A stretch of DNA of 64,000 bases from Novakomyces olei (GCA_016906335.1 JADEYG010000007.1:930001-994000), one strand, 5' to 3'. Numbered from the stretch's first letter, positions 16,846 through 29,641 are shown. A program made the numbers and translations. Notes: a model not told the origin generated them from the letters alone.

Positions 16846-17282
16846 GACTCGTCAAATGTAACATACAGACTTGATTTGTGGCATGTTTACTTGATTGCCG
16901 TCTTGGTACTTTTCTTTTTCACAAGTATCGCGCTCTCCGTCCCACTCACACGAAGGGAACGTGTTTCTTGGCGCAAGCGTCTCAGTCCTGTACAAAATTA
17001 AAGTATTAAACAGGACTCCACGCGTATAAAAGGCGGGGTAATACTAAGCGAGGCCACACGTCCAAAAGTTGGCTTAATATGGGAACCCGATTAGCAGTCC
17101 AAACAAAGATGTGTCGTCACAAGGCCTCTACGGAGGCAGCAATGGCGCTGGGCTTTAGTCTATAGTTTGAGAATGTGTTTATTCTACAAGACACGTATAG
17201 TGTAAACGAGCCAAGAGCTCATACATAGGCACCCAGGATATGGTGACAATTTCAAGGCAACTGTTGGGCCCTAGAGTCATAA

Positions 17283-17852
17283 TTACAACCCAATGCTGTC
17301 CAGTTCTATCGCAGTCCACACCTTCCAAAGCCCAGTCTGCTTTGGCGTACAGTCAACGAGCCATATAGCTCCACCAGTCCATCCACCATGCTCACCAAGC
17401 TGCCGCTCTAATGCAGCACGTGTTCGTGCCGGTGCCGCTGTCCCTAATAGTCCGTCGCACGGCTGATCGGCATAGACGAGGCTCACATGGGGATCGTACT
17501 CTCCGCTTTGTATTCCAAATTGCTCGCGAAAGGCAGCCGACAGTTTGAGCAATGGCTCAGTGCGTTCCACACCAAGGTAGACACGTTTAAAGTAAAAATT
17601 GTTGACCTGCAGAACCGTAAACGAAATCGAAATATTACGACCGCAAGTTTTGACTGCATTGACTACAATGTCCCGTACTTGTGCGACGTCATGCACTTTT
17701 GCCAGACCGGCCACTAGCGTACAGTGAGGGGGAAATGCGTCGGCCACATCAAGATTCCGACCTCGCTCAGCACAGTCGCCGATAATCCAGTCAAGGTCGG
17801 CTTCAGCTGTCGAGTCCCTGGGCGGGACTAACCACAGCGCAAAATCTGCCAT
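17283..17852 (-). CDS. cpd1: 2',3'-cyclic nucleotide 3'-phosphodiesterase (2H family)
   Basis: N-terminal ALWLVPP and two HxT/S motifs (FPPHCTL, YDPHVSLVY). Confidence 0.9.
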   Translation of the reverse strand: MADFALWLVPPRDSTAEADLDWIIGDCAERGRNLDVADAFPPHCTLVAGLAKVHDVAQVRDIVVNAVKTCGRNISISFTVLQVNNFYFKRVYLGVERTEPLLKLSAAFREQFGIQSGEYDPHVSLVYADQPCDGLLGTAAPARTRAALERQLGEHGGWTGGAIWLVDCTPKQTGLWKVWTAIELDSIGL

Positions 17853-19266
17853 AAATTGCTGGCGAAGGCGTTATGTATGTGCTTAGCTTTTGCTAATCGA
17901 TTGCAAATCAATTGGCATACACGTGCATTCCTTGAAGCGACGTGCACCACTATGTGTACATTATATTTGCTCTGTACATAAATTGGCTGAACGATAAAAG
18001 GATTACGGCTAGACTTGACAGTTTGTGATCTCGGGCTGTCAATTAGCTTCTATAATATTGTTTATGTTTGCCATTCTACATAGTGATGATCAGCGTTCCC
18101 GGCAATGAACAGTCAGTAGACAAATAGATCCTCAATAGTATCTAAAGCTTCTAGTTATGCGATTAACAAAATATTTTGCAATAAAGGCATGTGCCTTTTA
18201 TTTAGATCACTTTGTAAGTTGAGTGAAAAAGAAGTACTGCAGCAACACGACATTTGCGTCCCAATATGGTTCTTTTTACGCATTGCTCCATGTCATTAAT
18301 GGCGAATCATGTATTTATGGAAGAAGAGACAAGATGCATAATGCAACCAAAAATCAATCAATCAACTCGTGGACCGATTAGCATCTGCTTATAATTCAAT
18401 CTTTATTTTTACTTCCTTCAGCACGGGTTTTCTATCTTATCGCAAGCCCACGCAGCCGGTGGGCGGCAAAATTATAAGCAGATTTCAGATTTCCGAAGAG
18501 TCGACTTCCGACAATATTCAAAAATATTGGGAGAGTCAATTACGTTATCTGACTGCGTGAACACAATGGTGATTTAATTCGAATTGAGTTTAAATTTCTA
18601 ATAGTATGATAGATAATTCCAGCGATATCTGCCATAGAGAATGTAGTTTAATGTTTTTAGTTTTGATGAGAATTAATTTATTTAAAAGAGTAGACCAAAC
18701 AGACAGTAATAACCAAAACAAGAAAAACAAATAATGATAATTATCGAGACTAGACATACATGTGAAGGATAAATAAATTATTAGCATGATATTAATGAGC
18801 CCAGTTCGAGATAGACCGCCAAACGTGCATTTCTTCGACAATCTACAAATCTGGATGGATACATTTGACAACTATTTCGTGCCATTGACTACGACAAATC
18901 GCTCTTGCCGGCCGGAAAATGTTCCGGTTCGAGTAATCCGGCATACATTCTCATAAATAAATCTGGCCAATTTTCCTAAACTATGTGCATTGCAACAAAA
19001 ATCTTTTCGTAGTGTGCCTTTATGCTTCAGACAGATTTTACAGTTACACTTGTTACGGCGTGCATCCAGCCTGGACTGCCAATCTGTGAAGCAAAACTCA
19101 ATATATCTTGACTTTAAGACGGAAGCCAAGCTTATCCCATCAGACTCGTGCCCATCAAACTTGTTTCGCCCATATTGTCCGTCCACATAGAACAATAATG
19201 TACAAGCCATAAAAAAGTTTAAACAAAAATAATAAGAGTCCCTAAAGAACAGGACTACACAGTGCA

Positions 19267-21217
19267 ATGCTACGTCAATGGTACCGGCGACCGTTTAGGT
19301 CGCTGAGAACATTGGCTGACTCAAGGCTGGTTTCCACCGCACGGTCTTTACCATCAGTGCAGACAAAACGATGCTTTCACCAACGGCTCGGGCAGCCAAT
19401 TCACGCGACTCATCCATGGTACATTCGTAGTGAATCAGACTGTAATACACCTGCCAATCTTCTGCCTAAGCTGACTGTTCAGTGACCCGCGGAATCACTG
19501 CGAAGGAATATGCTGCACGTCGCGAGCGATTGGCTCAGTCGTTACCCGAGTCGAGCAGCGTCGCAATAGTATTTGCGAATAGTGTTCAGTAAGGTTATGA
19601 AGGTTAGATGTTTGCTAATGTTAGATACATGGCCGGGAATATATTGTATGGACTATGCTTTTGATCTTTGCTTGCGTTCGCTGTGCCAAATGGTTTCTAA
19701 CTTGTCTAGTCATGAGTTTTACCAAGATCCAAACTTGTATGCCTGTTAATTTTGAATTTTCACACTAACTTGACCAGCAAATACCTTACGGGTCTAGACG
19801 AACCGGACGCGGCAATGGTAATCGTGAGGAACGGGCGCGCTCCTCGAGGATTCTACTACCACTTGTTTGTGAAGCCCAAGCAGCAGGATGAAGAGCTTTG
19901 GAGCGGGCCACGTACCGGCCTTGATGCGGCCAAAGAAGTCTTTGGGGCCGACGAAGTAAGGGTCATGCTTTTTTGGTTTATTATTTTTTTTATCACTATC
20001 GATTCTTCGTCTCTTTTTGACGATTGCCTGCGGAACTGAATGCATCTGGGCAATTCAAGGAATGATTCTATACGTTTTCTGTTGCTCTTATTGGCCTTGT
20101 ACCTGTTATCTTTCTCTCCATTTATATGGATTTTTTTTTCAGTCAAAAGCTAGCCTTTCCCCTTGCACTGGAAATTTCTCTCCCTGTCTTGCCCGTCAAA
20201 GACTAATGCCAGGCGTTCCCAGTCAGCGATTTAGCAATACACATTGCCAAACTTACAATGGCTGCTACCACCGTGTACACCGATATCGATCGTATTCCCG
20301 AAAAGTACTACAGCGAATTGCCCGGGGTCAAGTTGCGCGATATTGCTCCTATTGTTCATGGACTACGTATCATTAAGTCACCGGCAGAACTGGCCTGCAT
20401 GCGCCAAGCGGGCGCTATCTCGGGCCGCGCAATTAATTCTATAATGGCTCGTGATTTCGAGTCTGAGCACGAATTACAGGCAGAACTAGAGTGCGCATTC
20501 CGCGTCGGTGGATGTGAAAAATCTGCTTATGTTCCAGTAGTAGCCGCTGGAGAGGTAATATTATTCAACTTTTGAAAGCGCCTTTCTAATTACCAGAATG
20601 GGTGTTGTATTCATTATACAATCAATGACGATGCTATTCGGCCTGGAGACAGTATAATGGTGGATGCAGGCGGTATGTACGGCAGTTATTCCACGGATAT
20701 TACTCGCTGCTGGCCGTCAAAACGTAGCTTTGCCTCTAACCCAGCGTTTTTTGACGTTTATTGTGCGGTGCTAAACGTACAACGAAAATTATTGTCTTTA
20801 TGTACGGAGAGATCAAACGTTACGCTACGTGAACTGCACACACGAAGTGTAAAATGGCTCGAGAGAGAACTGCGCAATCTCTCTGTGCATCTCGATTCCG
20901 TGGCTCTTTTCCATAGATACATTTACCCACATTATGTGGGCCATCATGTAGGGATGGAAATACATGATGCTCACCAGGCGCCAGCTGGCACTGGCTTGCT
21001 GACTAAAAACATGGTGCTAGCTATTGAGCCAGGGCTTTACTTTCCTTCCATTCGAGAGAGCGATAACTGCATCCCTGAATGGCTGCGTGGAATCGCTGTT
21101 CGCATTGAGGACACAGTCGCTGTTGGTGAGGATGTGCATACAGTTTTGACCGCTGAGGCGGCAAAGGAGCCTGAAGACATTGAGCATATTGCCCGCAAAA
21201 GGCCAAATGAGCCGTAG
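19267..21217 (+). CDS. icp55: Mitochondrial intermediate cleaving peptidase / Xaa-Pro aminopeptidase (M24B)
   Basis: Arg-rich presequence, GQPIHATHP, FYQDPNFKYLTG (built from micro-exons), IKSPAEL, VDAGG.Y..DITR, HYVGHHVGMEIHD and IEPGLY. About 6 introns. Confidence 0.92.
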
Positions 21218-21361
21218 AAGGCCAAATGATGATGACTAGAAAATGGATAGACGAGAAATAGAATTTTAGATTTGAATCATAACCCTAACCCTAACAGTAT
21301 TTTATTATTCAAATAATAAACAAAAAACCATACGAGCATTGGACCACTATCGCCGTCGCTG

Positions 21362-22069
21362 ATGGTACCAGGTCTGACGTACTACCGGGATGTGATTGCC
21401 GACTTGGACGCGCAACTTATTCTTTGGGAACTTCCAGACCAATTGTTTACTGCGCAGTCGAACGATGGCAGTGCTTCAGGGCAAATGCATTTCTTTCCGC
21501 CTTTACCTCAATGGCTTTCATCACTACAGAGATTAATTCCTGTTCAATGGGCACAAGATTGCTGGGACGGATCTTCTTTTGACGCCGTGATTGTGCAACG
21601 TTATGCCCCGGCACAGGGCATACGCCCACACGTTGATTTGGACATGTAAGTTACAATGGATTGGGGCATTAAATCTCCATTTATATTGGGTTTGAATCTT
21701 TAAATATTATCAAGGTTGCGCTATCCATTCAATCTAGTTTTTAAAAAGGATTTCCACGGCGAGTGTTGATCGTTTAAGTGTGCCATTTTCTTTTCCATTT
21801 GTATTATTTCATTGCTGCTTTGTTATTCCGACTCATCACCCATCAGGTTTGACGATGGAGTCGCTGTTCTGTCACTTCTTTCCGATACTTGCATGCATTT
21901 CGCATCACTAAAAGATCCTACATTGATATACAAACAAGCTCTACACGCCAACAGTCTGTTGCTCTTGCGTGACGAGGCGCGTTACGAGTGGACGCATTGC
22001 CTTCCCGGCGTCGCGTCCGAGCGTGTCAGCATTACTATGCGCAAAGTAAAACAGCATACTTTTGGTTGA
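21362..22069 (+). CDS. AlkB-like 2OG-Fe(II) dioxygenase, 2 exons
   Basis: PGLTYY start, Y...QGIRPHVD (HxD), RYEWTH and RVSITMR. Intron at 21647-21846. Confidence 0.82.
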
Positions 22070-22292
22070 CGGGAAACCAGCGCGTTTGTGAGAGATTCGG
22101 CGGACAATTACTGGCCCGTAAATTACAGGTTTGGATTTCTAGAGACGTATATTAATTCCCGTATATTAGACGAGCCGTTCGTTACATTCAACATCGTACT
22201 ATAAATTTATGTAGCATTGTGCAGAGTAACTCTGCATACGTGAACCCACGCTGAAACCGGTAGCAGCTGAAACCGGTCACATTATCAAACAG

Positions 22293-22991
22293 TTACCCGC
22301 TGCGAGACTGCATGTAATCCCAAACGGCCCGTTCATACGGTGGTGACGGCCCTCGTGCTGTTTCCTTTACCGGTGGAGCGACTTTTCTTGCTGCGGCAAA
22401 TGCATCCATCAGCCGCCGGCACTCTGCGTTAGCAGCCCGCATGGACTTTAGCCTGTCTTGCTGAGCTTCCAACTGTGCCGTCATTAGCATGACAAGTGTC
22501 TCACGCGTCTGGTGTGGGCGATATTGATTTAGGAGAAAGTGCATGTTGAGAAACAGTGTCCGCATTCGCGCAATAAGCTCCGGGTAGGGCTGAGGCCGGC
22601 GGGCACTGGCGACGAGTAGTTGCAGGAATATTAATAGGACACTGTGTAGCATAGACTTTAGAGCAACTCCACAGGCTCTTCGCTCTTCCGCAGAGTCGAG
22701 AGCGTACACTGGCGCAAGTTGCTGAATACCGAAATCTTTTAGCTGCGGAGCAGTCTCCTCTACAGGCCACACATTTCCAAAACTCGTGTAAGAGCCTTCA
22801 CGCGGGACCGCAGGCGGAGAGAACTCCTCGGGAAAGTCAGCTGCTGCTTTGCTTCCTTCATCTTTTCGCTCCTTAAACGCAGACCACTTTGCGGTCTCAA
22901 ACTTCTCAGAGTATACAAGCGGCGGACGTGGGAAAGTGGAATTGAGCTGCTCTTGAGGCAGCTGATCTCCCGCGGGTCCCTGCTGCGCCAT
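22293..22991 (-). CDS. med7: Mediator subunit Med7
   Basis: STFPRPP, PPAVP..GSYTSFG and LFLNMHFLLNQYRPHQTRETL. Confidence 0.95.
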   Translation of the reverse strand: MAQQGPAGDQLPQEQLNSTFPRPPLVYSEKFETAKWSAFKERKDEGSKAAADFPEEFSPPAVPREGSYTSFGNVWPVEETAPQLKDFGIQQLAPVYALDSAEERRACGVALKSMLHSVLLIFLQLLVASARRPQPYPELIARMRTLFLNMHFLLNQYRPHQTRETLVMLMTAQLEAQQDRLKSMRAANAECRRLMDAFAAARKVAPPVKETARGPSPPYERAVWDYMQSRSG

Positions 22992-23059
22992 TGCTTGCGC
23001 TGCTCGCTACCATTGATCCAAGAGAGGATTGCCGATTGTTCAATAATCGATACTGCCCA

Positions 23060-23460
23060 TATAAATATAAATATAAATATAAATATAAATATAAATATAA
23101 ATATAAATATAAATATAAATATAAATATAAATATAAATATAAATATAAATATAAATATAAATATAAATATAAATATAAATATAAATATAAATATAAATAT
23201 AAATATAAATATAAATATAAATATAAATATAAATATAAATATAAATATAAATATAAATATAAATATAAATATAAATATAAATATAAATATAAATATAAAT
23301 ATAAATATAAATATAAATATAAATATAAATATAAATATAAATATAAATATAAATATAAATATAAATATAAATATAAATATAAATATAAATATAAATATAA
23401 ATATAAATATAAATATAAATATAAATATAAATATAAATATAAATATAAATATAATATAAA
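23060..23460. repeat. Perfect hexanucleotide microsatellite (ATAAAT)~65
   Basis: Fills most of the divergent med7/cap1 intergenic region. Confidence 0.99.
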
Positions 23461-23575
23461 TATAAATTATATAAGCATTTGCATAAAAATCCTGTTATAT
23501 CATTAAGCCCTCTGTAACCGTGGCCAGACTTTTGTTGTCTCTTGTCGCCCCGTATTGTACGGCAAAGTACGCGAA

Positions 23576-24826
23576 ATGGATCAGCTGCTGCAGGTGATTG
23601 CTCAGGCGCCGCCAGGCCAATTACAGGACGTTGAGCAAGGTAATCAAGGTTTAATAGCAGCGCAAATTGACCCTTTTCCCAGATATCCGCACATTGACGG
23701 ATAGCAATATTGGCGAGGAAGATCTTGTTAAAGAACTGGCCAATTATCACAAGAACCAGTATACGGCAGTCTCTTTACCCGACTCCGATCGACGCGTAAT
23801 TCTTCCATTAATTCATGGCTATGCTAACAAAACAGGTTGTGCTTTCACCCCACAATCATCTGGAGGGCTCGACGTTTGTTGACGCGTTGTCAGGCAAAAA
23901 GTTTACCGTCGATTTCCACAACCTGGTAATAAATATATTTAAAAACTGGAATTAAACCCTGCCATGTTTGAAAGGATCCACTAATTCTTAAAGGATGTCT
24001 CAGACGTTGCAGACTACACCGAGCCTTTTGAAGACACGGAGTTGTACAACCAAGTCGGCGAATACGTGGCCGAACACTACCCGTCCCATGCCTCGTTTGG
24101 GGTAATCCGCGGAACAAATAACGAGATCAAAATCGCAATTGTAGGCAGCCGATATAACAGACAAAACTTCTGGTAATTTACAAATTTGTTTGCATCGTTC
24201 AGGCAAGCTTGCCTTGCCCTTATGTCGCTTAGTCCTCTACGCCGTTTTCTTGTCCGTCGCGCTGTCTTGTTTGCAATTATACTGTGATTTGCAGAGGATA
24301 TCTAGTTGCTTTTGTCTCTGCTTAGCTTGCTTTAATCTCTATTTTTTAGTGCCTTTATCAAGATTGATTTATCTCCTTTAAATTTCATTTTTTCAGTCCT
24401 TTAACTTGTTCTTTTGGTATAATTCGTTTTCAATCTTTCCAATACAGTCGCAAGATTCGCTTTAAATTGCGCTAACAAATCAGGAGCGGTCGTTGGCGCT
24501 CAGAGTTTGTTTACGACGGTAGCAATGTGCGAGGAAACATTAATGTGGACGTGCACTATTACGAAGACGGAAATGTGCGCTTGCTGACGTCACGTACGGA
24601 AGAACGGCCGGCTGGCAGCAGCAGTGCAGGGGCAGCCGGAGCTATAGTACCTGCGATAGACCAATTGGAGACGGCTTTTGAGACCGAATTAAACAACGCC
24701 TTCACTGCTTTGTCTGAATCTGCATACAAGCGGTTGCGGCGCCAATTGCCAGTCACACGCCAACGCATTGACTGGGACCGGGTACAAACTTTACGGGTTG
24801 GCCAGGATGTAGCTGGCGGTAAATAG
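23576..24826 (+). CDS. cap1: F-actin capping protein alpha subunit, 5 exons
   Basis: [30 protein letters not shown] and [16 protein letters not shown]. Confidence 0.95.
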
Positions 24827-25081
24827 GAAGAGTCCAGTAATCTTTAAATAAAGCATTTGCGATATATTTTACGTTTGCCTTGCTAAATAACTTTTGCCAG
24901 TTATGATCCGGAGACCAAGGCTTATCCGTGCAAATTATTTGCTCTCTATTAACAGACGATCATCATTATAGTCTGCGTGTAGCAGGAACCATCACCGCCG
25001 TCAAAAACGCGCCATACAAGTATTTATATAAAGATAAAGATCTCATAAACCCATTTTCGCCTTCCAAAGACACGATAAATG

Positions 25082-25445
25082 TTATACAAATCCCCACAGT
25101 GTCCAGAGCACAACGACAGAAACGACCATAATCAAAACCATTTTGAAAATGCTGCGCTGCCCCCCACTCGCTCCAATCCGGGTAAGACGGTTCAATGAGC
25201 CGCGTACAGAGCCGCTAAAAGTCGAAAAAAGATCAGTCTGCATTAGGGCCATTAGCAAAAAGTCGTTAAAGAGTGTCGTATAAGCATAATTTATGACTTA
25301 CGCTGCGATCGATGTACGACTGATCAGAGGCCTCTCTATGAATGTCTGCTGTAGCACTGCGCAGACTAGAGACCTTCTTGGCTAAACTTTCAAGCTGAGC
25401 ATTATTCTGTTGCTCAAACGCATCGGCCGATGCGCCGCCCGACAT
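25082..25445 (-). CDS. sft1: Golgi Qc-SNARE, Sft1/Bet1 family, 2 exons
   Basis: About 100 aa: EQQNNAQLESLAKKVSSLRS SNARE motif and a C-terminal transmembrane helix (MVLIMVVSVVVLWTLWGFV). Intron GTAAGT...CTAATGCAG. Confidence 0.85.
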
Positions 25446-25569
25446 TGCGTGAACACAGATAGATACTCGCGTCTCGACAACGATATATGAGAATAAGCAA
25501 ATACGTAGTATATATTTATAAAGAATCGCAATTTGGCACTTTGTCTTATACAATGGTCAGTCAAACCCT

Positions 25570-25641
25570 GTTGGCTTAGCTCAGGGGTAGAGCGTGGGAT
25601 TGCAGATCCTGATGTCGCGTGTTCGAATCACGCAGTCAACT
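25570..25641 (+). tRNA. tRNA-Cys(GCA), intronless
   Basis: Cloverleaf: acceptor GTTGGCT/AGTCAAC, D-stem GCTC/GAGC, anticodon loop TTGCAGA, T-arm GCGTG-TTCGAAT-CACGC, discriminator U, followed by an oligo-T terminator. Confidence 0.95.
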
Positions 25642-26126
25642 CATAATATTTTTCTTTTTCCCTTTTTTTTCCATCTTTTTTTTCCCTTTTTATGTCGCTA
25701 TTTTCTGAATGCATAGACTACTTGTTCTTTCATACACTACTTGGTCTTTTATACATGTAAGTGATTGCCCTTTATTCTGTGGAGCAAACGTTCTCACTTA
25801 TCCGCCAACAACTGTGTATTGGAAATTACTCATAATGGAGGGCTTACTGCGCTCGGCGAACTTTACATTGGCAAATTTACAGGGCAGTAAAGGTAATAAA
25901 GCCAAAAATAGTCCAAGTAAATACGATAAAATAGATATTTATTTTAAAACTACAAAACAAAATATAGTGCACAAAATACAAGGACAAAAATAGAGCCAAA
26001 AAGATTCAAGACAGAGCAAAGGAGCTACCAAGGCATCGGCCAGCCTGCCAGAGGAGATACGGCGAGCACCTTATTTTTCGAGCTTTTGTGAGCAGATCAA
26101 CCACCTCTTCCCACTCTTCCCTTTGT

Positions 26127-29100
26127 ATGGCAGCAGATGATGAGCGCTCATCGGTGGAATTGCCGGCTCCTAGCTTGGCTTTTCGTAAAGCGCCCAAAAT
26201 CAAATCTGCTTCCATCAATAAAACTTTTCTGAAAACTGCAGCGGCGGCCTCCGGCGGCTCTTCTAATGTCTCACCTACTCCCGCAGTCGCAGTACTCTCC
26301 ACCGTATCTCCGTCCCGGACACCTCTGTCGTTTGATAAACGTAAGTTGACCTTCTCGACTGGTGTATATTGTACCAGTTGTACTTTGCGTTTCACCCATT
26401 TGACCAGTCTAACCTTTATACAAAGAGAAGCAAGCAGCGTCTACATCAGCACAGGCTTCCGTCGCGGGCGGTGCAGCTGCTTCGCCACCAGTTTCGGGCT
26501 CAGCGCCTTTACACTCCTTCCAGTCTGATCCACAGCGCGTGCACCAGCGCACCCCTCCTCTGCCTCTGAGTGGGAAGCTCAAGCTCAATGCTGTCGGTGG
26601 ACGTGCAATAAAAACTCTGAAAACTTCAGACACGGGGCCGTTTGGTGCTGATCGTCCGTCAAGTCGGTTAAGTACAGTAGTCACAAAGCCGAATGCTCAA
26701 TCGGTACCCAAAAATGTATGGAACCGGACAGAGACTGCCCCGCCGAGCGCTCAGTTTCCGTCTCATTCACACCAGCAAAATCAGCAGCAGCAGCAGCAGC
26801 AGCAGCATCGCTTGGACACGGCAAATTTATCGGACGAACAACTGCAAAAGGTTCTTGGGATTCATATGGCTCATCGGCTTAGCAGTACGGAGCACCGACC
26901 AGGAGGCGGTTGGGACGAAATGGATGACGACGAGGACCAGCTGGATAATGTGATTGAGTTTGCAGATGGGACTAGAGTCAATTTAGAGGACATTCCAAAA
27001 CCTGATCCAGAACGCCGATTTGAGGGCTATGAGCAGTTTGACAGAGCCTGGAACGGTCGGCCGCGTGGGTCGAATGCGAACACTACGTCTTCTACTACTA
27101 GTACTGATCACGCTCCCCCGTCTGCGGGCATTTTTAACGAACGCACTGGACAACGTGAACCCGTTACCGAGGCCAGTACACGCAGACGAAGCTCTAGCAA
27201 TTCCGCAAAACGGCCTATCTCTGTAGGTAATGGAGACAGAGCGCCCGACCGGCCAGTATGGGGCCAGGATGCTGATCATGGATTCGTGCAAGAGCCGATT
27301 CATACACGACGGCCTTCTCAGTCTCACGACCGGCCCGCTCTTGGCCACGGGGATGTAAGAAGGTCTATGCCCACAGTTTTACTACACGCTCCCAAGGCAA
27401 AGCCTGCTACGTCTACATCTACAGCAGCAGCAGCTAATAATACTTATCCTCTGCACCAGCCAAGACCCTCGATGGCAGTTCCGCAAGACCTTTCCTCACA
27501 ATCACAGCTCAAGACGGATTCATTTGCTACAAAAGTCCTGAATGCAACTGCGTCTCAGTCCATAGCCACTAAAACTGGTGACGTTGGCCATATTGTACCC
27601 AAAATCATGAAACGAAATGAACCTGGTACCAATGGTCCTATTCGTGCAAGTGAAAAGAGGGAGGCCGAAGTTCACGATAATGCAAATGATAGTAGTATTA
27701 CAAGCACGAGTACCCGTACCAGTAACAATGACACGAGTATTACTGGCTTACCAGCACAAGTCGTGCCGGCACAGGCAGAGCAAGAGGCTAAAACTGTGAT
27801 TGCGGAACCATCAACAAAAGACCTGGAGGCCATGAAACGAGCTTACGCGTTGGATGCTCGAGAAAAGGCGATTGAACGAAGGCAGAAAGACGAAGCTGAA
27901 CGGGTAGCAGCACAGGAACGTGCACATAAGCGGGCAGAAGCAATGGCTCAGAAGGCCGAGGCTTTAAAACGGGATGCAAAAGCAGTAGAAGCTATCCCAT
28001 CAGCGCCGAATCAAGCAGAGACGAGCGATTCAGCTCGGGCGGCCAGACTGAAGCATGACAAGACATGGGCCCCACGGATACTGCGTACACAGGATCAGCG
28101 AGAAGGGCAGAGTGAGGAGGAAGAAAGGTCTGCAGGTCAAGACAGAGCTTTGCCTGAGCAATTACAATCCCAGGTCACGAATCAACAAAGGAGACCGCCT
28201 CTACAGTCCCGTCGTCGTCAGTCAAAGCACGAGACCAATCGAGACCAGCCTGTTGAATCTGGGTCGGCTCAGAGTCAGAGCCAAATATCCATATCAGCCC
28301 CAGGCTCAGCAACTTCAGCAGTTCCCGATATCCGTCTTCCATTCAATCTTAGACAGATGCAAAGGCAGGCAGAACAAGGACCGGGATCAAAAGATGCTTC
28401 TACTTTATCCCATCTTTCAAGTGACAACGCTAGTTCTGCACCGGAGGCAAGGCCGTCATCCTCGCCTGCAGTCTTTTCAAAGATTTGGTCGCCCTCTGAT
28501 GCTGCAAAGACTGGGACGGCTTCAGTCTCTTCAGTAGGAGGAATTGCTTCTGCTGGAGATGCCTTGCTCTCTCAAACGAGGGCTACTTCACGCTTCTTTC
28601 CTCCCACACTGTCGTCGCCCTCGTCAGCATCATCTTCGCCGCCTTCTAACCGTGAGCCTGGACTCCTTTCAGACTCTGGCACCGCATCAATGACACCGAG
28701 GCAGGAAAGGAGGTTTGTTCCTCAGTCTAATAATACGAGCACTGCGAGTCCGAATGTGACGCTTGTTTCCCTGCCCAAAACACGACACGATCCTGCTTTT
28801 TCGACAGTTGACGATAGAACTGCAAACGCGGTGCAATTTGAACCGCCCGGATCAATGCCAAGATCAGTGACGATGAAGCCTGCTGGCTCTGCTCAGAGTG
28901 GTAGTTGCGGCAATTCACATATTGGCGCGAGAACAATAACAGTATCCCTACCAAAAGGCAAGAGCCAAAGAGCGAGGGAGCCTGTGAGAGAAAGGGAGAG
29001 GAGAATAGTGACAAGACTGCCTCCTCCGTCGGCGGACATGGCGGTAGCAAAAGGCCAGCTACAGTCTCGACTAGATCAGTCAAAGCATAAGCAGTACTTG

Positions 29101-29445
29101 GGGAATATAATTGTCAGCACTCCAAGGGGTAGATCGGTCAGAGCACCGGCTCACAATACAGCAGAGACTGGTTCAAGGCAGCAGCATATTATTGCTCAGG
29201 GTACAGTCAAGCTGCCCAAGGCTACAACGAATCGTGTGGCGGCCGGTGGACATGGTGCTAGTCCTGGTACGTCTATCAACCGCAATAGTTCAGGCGCGTC
29301 TTTTTCCTCTCCGATACCCGAACAGTCTCCTCCACAGTCACGGGGCGGCACTGACTCCCCACGCAAACATCCGGCAGCGTTCAATAAAAGCACTGCTAAA
29401 GTTGTAGTATCCTTACCGCCACGTACTGTCCCGAGCCTGTCGTGA
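26127..29445 (+). CDS. Large low-complexity protein with BAT2/PRRC2-like N-terminus (conserved fungal protein of unknown function)
   Basis: ATG at 26127 and KIKSASINKTFL. Intron 26341-26425 joins it in frame to the 968-aa ORF, which has WDEMDDDE...VIEFADG and a charged coiled coil. Confidence 0.7.
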
Positions 29446-29580
29446 TTGATTGCTACATCGTCGGGCCTGCACATACATAACATAATATTTTAATATAATT
29501 AAACATAAATATGTGTACAAGTATGTATATATATCGTACATACTACATCCCATAGTCAGGATGCACAGTAATGTAAATAT

Positions 29581-29641
29581 TAAATATTGAACTAAATTAA
29601 ATTAAATTAAATTGAATTGAATTGAATTAAATTAAATTAAA

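Noticed and set aside
16975-17025. TPP riboswitch (GGAGTCCTG...CAGGACTGAGA on the minus strand)
   Set aside because: It lacks the UGAU/UAAU/GCG-AGG half of the aptamer and is not next to a thiamine gene.
17068-17085. RNase P CR-V-like ATGGGAACCCGATTA
   Set aside because: No matching CR-I/P4 strand upstream.
22953-23750. ORFs encoding (IN)n, (YK)n and (YI)n
   Set aside because: Artefacts of the stop-free frames of the ATAAAT microsatellite.
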